From Moniliella sp. 'wahieum' (Eukaryota), in the NCBI GenBank assembly GCA_003971905.1, contig RSEE01000059.1:1-64000 (forward strand): a DNA stretch of 64,000 nucleotides. The letters are read 5' to 3'. The position numbers and the translations under genes were made by a program. Shown here piece by piece: positions 1 through 9,300 of this stretch (positions within the stretch are counted from its first letter, which is position 1; the number at the start of each line of letters is the position of its first letter). The notes below the pieces were generated by a model that saw nothing but the letters and a program-made list of their open reading frames with translations, ran no database searches and was not told the DNA's origin.

Positions 1-14
1 CCTAACCTAACCCT
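1..14 (+). repeat. Telomere-like CCCTAA remnant at the window start (probable chromosome end)
   Basis: cctaacctaaccct at position 1, another ctaaccct at 28-35, followed by a gene-free repeat-rich region. Only ~2 imperfect units. Confidence 0.5.
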
Positions 15-85
15 TCAACGCCGCTGGCTAACCCTACTATTTTGAATTGCACCGATGCATGCGCGGCCGGCGCGGTCAGACAGAG

Positions 86-577
86 CTTGTACGATTTTCA
101 CCAACCGGGCTCGCTCTTTTTCACTAGTGGTTTTTGGAACAAGGTGGGGGCCGATTTCAAATTGAAAATCACCAATTGATGTGACAACATATGTCTAGGT
201 GTCTGCCATGTAGATCAGGAGGTGTGCTGAAAAAAAATATTTTTGCGTTGGGTGGTGGTGGTAGGTGGTGGGGACGGCCCTCGGGTGGTGTGGTGGTGGT
301 CGCGGCGGCGGGCGGCGGGCGGCGGCGGCGTTGCTATTTAATTAATGCTGGTCCGTTGGGCAGTCACTGGTCAGGCCGGCGGGACGGAGCGTCGTCACGA
401 CAGGCTCGTCAGCGGTCAGCCAGTCACCGGCCGGGGCTTGTCGGACCGCGGGCCATCTCAGACCTTGTACGATTCTCACCAACCGGGCTCGCGATTCTTC
501 ACCTAGTCGTTTTTGGAACAAGGTGGGTGCCGATTTCAAATTGAAAATCACCAATTGATGCTGAAACATATGTCTAG
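86..577. repeat. Dispersed ~113-bp direct repeat, two copies (86-198 and 464-577)
   Basis: cttgtacgattYtcaccaaccgggctcgc...tttttggaacaaggtgggNgccgatttcaaattgaaaatcaccaattgatg...acatatgtctag occurs twice. Confidence 0.9.
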
Positions 578-1230
578 AGATGACGAGCACAGGCTTGGGG
601 ATGACGAGCACAGGCTTGGGGATGGAGAGCGTGGGTGGAGGGCGCAGGCTTGGAGATGATGAGCAGAGGTTGGTGGCGAGTACAAGCTTGGGGATGACGA
701 GCACAAGCTTGGTGCGCAGCCCAGGTTTGGAGATGATGAGCACATGCTTGGTGGTGAGGGCAGGCTTGGAGATGATGAGCACAGGCTTGTTCGCGAGCAC
801 AAGCTTGAGGACAGAGCGCAGGCTCGGAGATGATGAGCACCAGGTTGATCGCGCGAGCCCAAGCTTGGTCCGAGCACAGGCTTGGGGATGGCGAGCACAG
901 GCTTGGTGGGGACGATAGGCTTGGGGATGGGGAGCACCGGCTTGGGGATGGAGAGCATGGGTGGAGGACGCAGGCTTGGAGATGATGGGCAGAGGTTGGT
1001 GGCGAGTACAAGCTTGGGGATGACGAGCACAGGCTTGATGGGGAGTGCAGGCTTGGAGATGATGAGCACAGGCTTGGTGGCGAGCACACGCTTGGGGAGA
1101 GAGCGCAGGCTTGGACATGATGAGCACAAGATTGATGGCGAGCGCAAGCTTGGACGCAACAGACAGAGCACGACGTGGTACTTGCACATGGCCCACTCGA
1201 GCTTGAGCATGGCCCTGACGAGCGTTGGGA
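578..1230. repeat. Subtelomeric minisatellite, ~21-bp unit GATGACGAGCACAGGCTTGGG with variants
   Basis: About 30 degenerate tandem units are visible; they produce 7-aa repeats in several frames (PQACARH, MTSTGLG, PKPVLVI). Confidence 0.9.
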
Positions 1231-2004
1231 TGGGGGCAATGACGGGGGAGAGTGGAAGGATGAGAGGCAGAACACTGGTGCAAGAGCGGGTCAGAATGAG
1301 GCAGGGTGGCATGGGATGGAATGGGATGGGATGCGTACCGATGCGCTCAGGTTGCACATGGCCCAGACGGCGTTCGGGATGAGCATCCCAAGCAGGGTGA
1401 CAGCAGGGGCAGCCAAGCGAGTGCACACGGGCCGGCAGAGCGTCGGACGGGGATGGCATGGCAAGCTGCACGGTCTGCTTTGGCATGGCCGAGCCTGGAA
1501 CGAAGATGGCCAAGACGAGGATCCACATGGCCAAGCCAAGCGTCCAGACAACCAACTCAAGCGCGGCAGTGGTGGGGGCAGGCGAGGCTGTGACCATGGA
1601 CGGCCAGCAGGCATGCACCATCCCCTGCACCATCCCATGCTTCCGCTTGCCCGACCCGACGGTGGCGATGGCCGAAGGAATGATGGTGGTGGCCGAATGA
1701 ATGGCGGTGGTGGCCGAGTCAATGGCGGGGATGGCCTGGGCGGGGGTGGGAGGTAGGAGCCCGGCGCTGTGGGACGGGTCGGGAGGCAGGGGGGCGTGGG
1801 AAAGAGCCCCGGGGTGGCGGGCAGTACCTGCAGAGACCCAGAAGCTGGACAGAAGACACAGAGGCGAGAGGGTCAGTAGAGGGCCGGTGTGTGGCAGATG
1901 AGGCGCGGGAGGCACCGAATGGGGGAAAGGAGGCTCAAAAGCGGGGTGAAACGAGGCAACAGACCTTGGGGGGCGGGCAAAGCCAGCCGGGTTGGGGGGG
2001 GGGG

Positions 2005-2348
2005 TGCTAGAGGGTAGTGCTAGGGTTCACCTGCACTCTCTCCAATGGATCGGTGATGCTCGCTGGTTCGGGTGATTCGAACCTTGCGTGGCCAACGCCA
2101 CCCCTTTGTCTGTTCCGACTTGCTTGCTTGACTCTTATCTTCTTCCCTTCAGCTTGCTTGAAGGACTTGTGGCTAACTGCCCTGCCTTCTTGCACGCCTT
2201 GAAGGTGCGCCTCTGCTTTCCCTGTTCTTGTGTTGTCCTCCGCAATCGAGCTTGCTTGAAGGACTTGTGGCTAACTGCCCTGCCTTCTTGCACGCCTTGA
2301 AGCTTATCTCTCGTGCTGCCCATAGCGTTTCCCAGCTGCAGTCTAGCA
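2005..2348 (+). repeat. 5' LTR (344 bp)
   Basis: TG...CA with a 7-bp terminal inverted repeat; matches 8097-8438 except for two 1-bp indels; contains an internal 54-bp direct repeat. Confidence 0.96.
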
Positions 2349-2362
2349 GGTTATGTCGCCCT
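2349..2362 (+). promoter_or_regulatory. Primer-binding site of the half-tRNA-iMet (copia/Ty5) type
   Basis: GGTTATGTCGCCCT directly after the LTR resembles the GGTTATGRGCCC PBS complementary to the initiator tRNA-Met anticodon arm. Confidence 0.7.
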
Positions 2363-4287
2363 TATCTTCTGCCTCTGCGCATTCTGCGCACCCGGTTTCC
2401 TCGCCTGATGACATTGTGGAAGCGTATGTTCGTCGTGGCGAGTTTAACCCCAACTCTCAAGACGGGATGGCTCCTGGCAAGACAGCGAAATGGCCGGCTT
2501 TTCGCATCAAGCACACGATTGGTGCTTGGTCTGGACTGAACACCATCCTGTGGGACGTTGACGTGGATGTCGCTGCCGATTTCATCCAGGACGTCATTCC
2601 TACCATTCGCCGCTGGGGTATCCCGGGGAAGGGCATAGCCTCCCCGGCCCCTGGTTCTGCAGTGGCAGACAAGGACTCTATTGTGGCTGATATCATTACC
2701 GACTACAATAAGGGCCATGGTGGCGAAAACTTCTTGCTCACACCGACCGACTTCTATGTTGCCTACGTCTTTTATACCAAGTCTCATCGCTTCTCCACCT
2801 TTGAGGACTTGCAGAAGGCAATCTTTCGCCATCTCAAGGCAGTGCGTAATGCTTGGAAACTGTACGAGGACAATAAGGCTTCCAAACATCGTGTTGCTCA
2901 GAAGCGTCGTGCCATGCGCGACATGCTCCTCGACCCAGAGGACCCAGCTCCAACTACCGAATCTGACGATGAACTTCAGCTTCTGACCGCTCGAGTCAGT
3001 ACTGAGTCAGTGCACCGTATTGACCTGTTGGGCACCCCGAAAGGTTCTGTTCCGACTGACAGTGGTATGGCTTTTGCTCATGACCCGTCGGCTGCTTTGC
3101 CGTCGGTGACCGTCCCTTCTGTGGAGCGTATCAGCGAGCGGGCCCCGTCTGCTCGCACGGTGACTATCGAGGAGCAGCCCAAGTGGGTGGATGCACCGCG
3201 TCTAGTCCAGGGACACATGAATTTCGATGTTATGACATTGGCGAAGCGTATGACGCGTGCTTTTGCTTCCTCGCCTCTGACACCTCTGGTGCATGGTCCC
3301 GAGCAAAATGACCCGTTGGCTGTTCTTCGCTGGCTGCAGGGCCTCCGTACTCGTTTGGCCATCATTTATCACGACTTTGCTTCGATCTTGGCCGGAACAA
3401 TGGAGGTGCCGCCGGGGGTGCACTCTCAGATCGTTGCGCAACTGATGACGCTGGTGTCGCCTGCCCTCGCGTCCTACATTTCGCGCCTCGCGACCACAAC
3501 GTCTCCCGGGATTCTTGACTCGGTTCCGGACTTCTTGTCGTGCTTGTTCGCGGAAGTACGTCTTTCTACGCCCAGCGTCTCTGAACTACAGCTGTCGGTG
3601 CACCAGACGGAATGGGATCCCAATGCAGAACCGGCTTCTAAGGCCCTGACGCGCTGGCTCGATTCCATCCAAGTTCTGACCCTCTTGGGGTACTCCACCT
3701 GGGACCCTGCACGTGTGATGTCCAGTTTGGAAGCCCTTTTCCGGCGTGGTGATTCGTATCGGCCGCTGATTTTCGCGGGGCTACCTCCCGGACAGCGTGT
3801 GACCGTGGCACACGTCAATTCTGTCTTGGGGGACTTGCAGTCGTTGGCCCGGGCCAACTTCGTCATGGAATCTAACCGGATTGCGTCCATCTCGGTACCT
3901 ACGGTTGAATCTTTGGCTGTTGATGTCTCTACCCCTCCCGTTAATTCGGGGACCACGGGACTGCTTGGGAACGCAGACATGTCTCTGGCAGCGCAGCTAC
4001 GAGCGATGGGGGTTGCGGCTGTCTGCTGGAATTGCCGCCAGCCTGGACATATCGCTGCCAACTGCCCGGCGCCGCGTCAGGACAACCGCATTTCTACCCG
4101 TGGTACGTCAGGATGGAATCGCACCCTCCCTGGGGCAGGACGGAACACGAATACCAACCGTGCGCCCCCACAGCAGCATGCTGTTGCGCGTGTGCTTCAA
4201 GCCTTGGCGCACGGCTTAACGGTAATGGATCTCTCCGTCTCAGAGGAGGATGGGCAGCCTGCCGCGGGGTTTGATGATATCGAATAG
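2353..4287 (+). CDS. gag: Gag (644 aa) with a CCHC zinc knuckle
   Basis: Uninterrupted ORF; CWNCRQPGHIAANC (CX2CX4HX4C) near the C-terminus; ends in TAG at 4285-4287. Confidence 0.92.
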   Translation: MSPLSSASAHSAHPVSSPDDIVEAYVRRGEFNPNSQDGMAPGKTAKWPAFRIKHTIGAWSGLNTILWDVDVDVAADFIQDVIPTIRRWGIPGKGIASPAPGSAVADKDSIVADIITDYNKGHGGENFLLTPTDFYVAYVFYTKSHRFSTFEDLQKAIFRHLKAVRNAWKLYEDNKASKHRVAQKRRAMRDMLLDPEDPAPTTESDDELQLLTARVSTESVHRIDLLGTPKGSVPTDSGMAFAHDPSAALPSVTVPSVERISERAPSARTVTIEEQPKWVDAPRLVQGHMNFDVMTLAKRMTRAFASSPLTPLVHGPEQNDPLAVLRWLQGLRTRLAIIYHDFASILAGTMEVPPGVHSQIVAQLMTLVSPALASYISRLATTTSPGILDSVPDFLSCLFAEVRLSTPSVSELQLSVHQTEWDPNAEPASKALTRWLDSIQVLTLLGYSTWDPARVMSSLEALFRRGDSYRPLIFAGLPPGQRVTVAHVNSVLGDLQSLARANFVMESNRIASISVPTVESLAVDVSTPPVNSGTTGLLGNADMSLAAQLRAMGVAAVCWNCRQPGHIAANCPAPRQDNRISTRGTSGWNRTLPGAGRNTNTNRAPPQQHAVARVLQALAHGLTVMDLSVSEEDGQPAAGFDDIE

Positions 4288-7200
4288 GGGTGCGCGCGGG
4301 GTGAGGCGCTCATTATCCTCGCAGAGGACTTGTTGAGCGCATTGTTTACCACTCGCCCAGGACGCGCGCCCCTTCTTTCCCCCCCTTCTTCTTCTAACAA
4401 CATCCCATCTCCACCTTGCTCCACACCTCGCTCGGCTGAATTTATCTTTGACAGCGGAGCCTCCCATCGCCTTGTCAATGATGCAAGCTTGGCGAAAAAC
4501 TTCGTGCCTCCCTCCCGTCCCACCTCGGTAGTCACTGCAGGGGGGCAGAAACTGCCGGTCGCTGGGGTGAATGGCACCTTACGCCTCCTACAATATGATC
4601 CATCCCAGCGCAAGTGGGAGGCGCTTCACTTCAATGGGGTTATGCTGGTACCTGACCTCATTACTAATCTCCTCAGTACCCAAGGAGTGGCAGCCACGGG
4701 TGGGAGTACGCTATTTCGGGACCATGAGGTGGTGTTTTTCACCAAGAATGGCACTTCCCTCGGGGTTCCACTGAAGGGCACCTACCCCAGAGCGGAAATG
4801 GTAGTGTGCACGGATGACTGCCAGGTGGAAGGTGCAGTATTAGCGTTCCCTATTCTCTCGGAGACTGAGGATGACTCTTTGAATGATCCTGATGACCAGT
4901 TGCGGGACAAACTCTTTCCTCGGCCTGTAGCTGAGACCCAGCCCCCGACTTGACGCGCGCGTCAGCTTGGTTGTGGCACCTTCGGCTTGGCCATGCCGGC
5001 GCTGAGGCCGTGAAACACACGTCTACGGCCAGCAAAGGGGGATCTTGGCCGCCTTCGTTTCCTGAGTTTTCTTCCTGCGATGTTTGCCGTACTGCCAAGT
5101 CGCGAGCCCGGGGGGGAATGATTCTCGTCTCATCTTGGCCCGCCTCGACCTGGTGTCAGCTGATGTGGTGGGCCCTTGGAATGAGCCAGATGCTTTGCAG
5201 CACAAGGTACCTTGGCACTACATTCTTGTCGTGGTGGACAATTACAGTGGCATGACCTGGGTCTGGCCGTTGAAGGACAAGGCCAGTGCTGCACCCTGCC
5301 TCATTCAGTGGGCTACCTTAATTCATCGCGAAACAGAAAAACATCCAAAAGAATTACGTGTGGACCAAGGCGAATTATGGACTAATGAGGTCAAGACATG
5401 GGCTGCTCGTTCAGGTTGCCTTTTGACAGCTTCTCCTACTCAAGAATCCACAGGGAACGCCGTCGCAGAGCGAATGAACCAAGAGATTGAGAAGTTGTCC
5501 CGTTGTCTCATGCACCACGCCCAGTTGCCGGGGCGGTTTTGGCCCTATGCTGCGACGCACGCCGGATACATTCACAACCGCCTCGCCAGCAAAGCGCATG
5601 CCTGGAAGACGCCGTATGAACTGTGGACGGGCCAACCCCCCACTCTGTCTGCTCTGCGGGTGTTTGGTTGCACTGCTTGGGTTGTGCTGCATGGTGGGAA
5701 TCGACGTGCCTGGACACAAGCTAGTGAACTCAGCGGCAAATACCTCGCTCCACGTGCCGTTCGAGGGGTGTACCTGGGTTACAGTGACCTGCCGGGCCAA
5801 GTCAAAGGTCAGTGTTTGGGTCGAGGTGTTGGACCGTATCGTGACAGTTTACGATGTGCATTTTGCTGAGGGAGAGTCGGGTCGGCTGGAGGAGCAGCCG
5901 CGCCTCCAGGACGATTATGTACGTGATATTCCCCTTGATCCCCTTGCTCAACCCTATCCCACAGCAGTGGGTGAAGATGGTATTGCTGGTGACATTCCCC
6001 CTCCTTTCCTCCGCGGCGTCCACCCACCCGGACCGCCGGGCCTTACACCCCACCGTCCCCTACAACACCCGGGAGGGACATCGCCCGCGCGGAGTTCCGG
6101 CGCATGCTCGACGTGACCAAGCGTGAGCGTGAAGCTGATCCACCAGCACTCGTTGACGAGCCCAGGAAGCGTGCTCGATCGGCTCTTGCTGTGGAGCTGG
6201 CAGTCGAACTTGATGCTGTGGACCTGGCTCCTGTCCCAGGGGGGCTGCTTGCGCAGGTCACTCTTGGCCTTGCCCATTTTGCTGCCGGGATGTTGCATGG
6301 TCCGGTGGCCACCGGCGGAGCCTACGCGACCCAGGCCCTGCATGCAGTTGCCGTGGTGCAGGACACACTAGCGCTCACAGCACAGGGTGAGCTCGTGGAT
6401 CGGCCTGCCAATGTTCCTGTTCTTCGGTGCCAGTGGGTGTTTAAAGCGAAGCTGGATGACACTCGTCAGGTTACCAAGCACAAAGCCCGTCTCGTTGCCG
6501 ATGGACGGACCCAGGTTCAAGGAGTGAACTTTGACGAGGTTTTTGCTCCGTTGTCAGGAGTGAGACCATCCGGGTCTTGCTCTCCTTGGCGTGTCGTTTT
6601 GGCCTGCATGTCCATCAAATGGATGTGGAGGCGGCATACTTACATGCGGCAGTTGACACTGAGGTTTACATGGCCATCCCGCCTGGCTTCAGGGGTCCTG
6701 ACACGGAGGGCAAGTGCTGGAAGTTGCTCAAGGGTGTTTACGGCCTACGCCAGGGGGGCAAGCTTTTCCACGACCATCTGGATGGGGTTTCTTACGTCTC
6801 GGCTACCACCGGTTGCAAGGGGAACCGTGTGTATATCTTCGCGGCCAGGGCAGTGCTTTGGTTCTGGTGGCCTGCTTTGTGGATGATACTGTTTGGGCCT
6901 GTGCCGACTTGACGCGCTTGCAAGAGGCCAAGCGCCAATTTGCCAAGCAATTGCCCGTGACTGATGGCGGCCCTGTCAGCTACTTGTTAGGGGTGAAGGT
7001 GGAGTATGATCAAGCAGCCCGTACCTGCTTCCTCAGCCAGCGGGGATACGTGGAGGGTGTGCTTGCGCATTATGGGGAAAAGCTAACCTCATCCCAGCCC
7101 TCGACCTGCTCGCCCGGCGCATCTACTACCTTTCTCGGGCCAAGCCAGTGATGCGGATCGTCGTCAGTATGCGGGGCTTATTGGTCACCTTGGCTTCGCT

Positions 7201-7839
7201 GCCTTAACACCCGCCCTGACATTGCTCAAGCTGTGGGCGTGTGTGGTCGCTTCATGGCTAACCCGGGACCAGATCACTTCAATGCCGCGTTTCAGGTCCT
7301 ACGCTTTCTTCGTCGCTCACCGGGAAAAGGTCTCCATTTCTCCTTTCACGCTGATGCGCCGTTGCTAAATGGGTTTAGCGATGCCGACTGGGCGGGGTGC
7401 CCGGCGAACCGGCGTTCGACCTCTGGGTATGTTTCTTTGTGGCTGGCAATTTGGTTTCTTGGTCGTCGCGGCAGCAACTCATGGTCACACTCTCGAGCAC
7501 CGAAGCGGAATATGTTGCCTGGCTCATGCGGCCAAGGAAGCAGTGTGGCTCAGGCTGTTGCTCCGGGAAATCTTACCACATGAGGAGGTGGTGCCCACCA
7601 TCTTCACTGACTCTCTCGGCGCCCGCAAGCTGGCCGAGGGCCACATCATTCACAAGCGCTCGAAGCACATCGATTTGCGGCACCACTTTCTGAGGGAACT
7701 CATTGCCGCCAACGTGCTCCTCTTGGCGCAAGTGGCGGGGGTGCACAATCCGGCTGACATGTTCACCAAGACGATCTCGGGCCGCGCAGTCGACGCTAGG
7801 GCGGAGCAACTTGGTCTGCGTGGTGGCGGTGGCAGCTAA
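4288..7839 (+). CDS. pol: Pol (protease, integrase, RT, RNase H); starts in frame after the gag TAG; several frameshifts in this assembly
   Basis: PR FIFDSGASH; WHLRLGH...CDVC; INT ADVVGP/VVDNYS/RVDQGE/NAVAERMN; RT WVFKAK, KARLVADG, QMDVEAAYL, KGVYGLRQ, FVDD; RH FSDADWAG, SSTEAEY, RSKHIDLRHHF, NPADMFTK. Confidence 0.93.
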
Positions 7840-8087
7840 CCACGTTGGGCTCCGGAGCCCTTCTTTCTCTCAAGACCGGTTTCTTTTCTTTCGTCTTGGC
7901 TTTCTCATCTACACAAATTAAATCGCAGCGGGACTGGGTTTTTTTTTTCTCGCATCCACGATGCGTTTGTTTTACCAGTTCCTGCTCACCAGAACAAATA
8001 CATGTTTGACGCTCGCGGCCGTGAATCATTTCTCCCTTTCGTCTCGATGTTCTTTGGCCTCACCACCTTTGGCCTGGCGAGCTCACC

Positions 8088-8095
8088 GAGGGGGG
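8088..8095 (+). promoter_or_regulatory. Polypurine tract
   Basis: GAGGGGGG ends 1 nt before the 3' LTR TG. Confidence 0.8.
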
Positions 8096-8096
8096 C

Positions 8097-8438
8097 TGCT
8101 AGAGGGTAGTGCTAGGGTTCACCTGCACTCTCTCCAATGGATCGGTGATGCTCGCTGGTTCGGGTGATTCGAACCTTGCGTGGCCAACGCCACCCCTTTG
8201 TCTGTTCCGACTTGCTTGCTTGACTCTTATCTTCTCCCTTCAGCTTGCTTGAAGGACTTGTGGCTAACTGCCCTGCTTCTTGCACGCCTTGAAGGTGCGC
8301 CTCTGCTTTCCCTGTTCTTGTGTTGTCCTCCGCAATCGAGCTTGCTTGAAGGACTTGTGGCTAACTGCCCTGCCTTCTTGCACGCCTTGAAGCTTATCTC
8401 TCGTGCTGCCCATAGCGTTTCCCAGCTGCAGTCTAGCA
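8097..8438 (+). repeat. 3' LTR (342 bp)
   Basis: Copy of 2005-2348. Confidence 0.96.
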
Positions 8439-8669
8439 GGGGGGTGGTAAGAAACCAACCAGATCCGTCGCCTGGCCCGTGCATTCATCCGCGCTGGCTG
8501 AAAATATTAACATTGCAATTGCACCGATGCACGCGCAGCCTGCGGGGTCAGATCAGCTCGGTCGCCACCAATTAGAACAAGCCCCCGCCACCACCAACTC
8601 GCCCATCGCCACACGCCCGTTCTCCACCGTGGTGCAACGCCCTCCACCTGTGCGCGTCTAAAAGAGGAC

Positions 8670-9300
8670 TACCAGGGGCACGCTACGCCACCACTCATGC
8701 TCTGACTCGCCCCGAGTTGGTGGTGCACCGACGCTGTTTGTTCGAGCAGTGCGCCGTCGGGACCGCACCTGAGCTGATTGGATGTGGTGTGACCTCAATC
8801 CTGGACCGAATCAAAAGCGCATCATTATTCTTGAAAGCCTTGATTCTGGGCTACGCTACACCGTTGACAGATCTCTGATTCGTCCAGAATTGGTTGAACG
8901 CCGGCAGCATCAACATCGACCATCCGCTGTTTGGACCTAACCTCTGATGTTCAGATGTGGTGTGACCCCAATCCTGGTCCAATCCTGAAGCGCATTGCTG
9001 CTCCTGAAAGCCCTGCTTCCTGTGCACGCTGTGCATGTATGCAATGTATTGTTTGATGAGGATTGGTGCTGTGCCGGCGCCGTCAACATAGACCCTCATC
9101 CGAATCAAGCTAACATCAGATGTTGGGGCGTGTTCTGACCTCAATGCTGGACCAATCCTGGAGCGCCTTACCTCCCCTGGAAGCCCTGCTTGAAGTGCAC
9201 GATGGGGCGCGACGATCTCTGACATCCGACGACAACTGGTGGAGCGGCGGCGCCATCAACACCCACCTGCCCGTGTTTGGACCTGCTGTGCACCATCGCT
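8670..9300. repeat. Degenerate tandem satellite, 173-bp period, about 3.5-4 copies
   Basis: Anchors tgaccYcaat at 8790/8963/9136, cRtcaac at 8908/9081/9254 and tctgaYtcg at 8701/8874 are all spaced 173 bp. Confidence 0.75.

Larger units (their letters stand above)
2005..8438 (+). mobile_element. Full-length Ty1/copia LTR retrotransposon
   Basis: Two near-identical LTRs with TGCTAGA...TCTAGCA termini, GGGGG target-site duplication (2000-2004 and 8439-8443), PBS, PPT, domain order gag-PR-INT-RT-RNaseH. Confidence 0.97.

Noticed and set aside
191..1382. Plus-strand ORFs across the minisatellite
   Set aside because: Open frames are a by-product of the stop-free 21-bp unit.
2018..2027. Telomere-like CTAGGGTT in the LTR
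   Set aside because: A single imperfect unit, expected by chance.
4930..7530. Programmed frameshifts or pseudogenisation in pol
   Set aside because: The same kind of indels occur in host housekeeping genes, so assembly error is the simpler explanation.
8770..9290. Protein repeat (W.DLNPGP...W..AGAINID) reading
   Set aside because: The 173-bp period is not a multiple of 3 and stops interrupt the copies; treated as a satellite.
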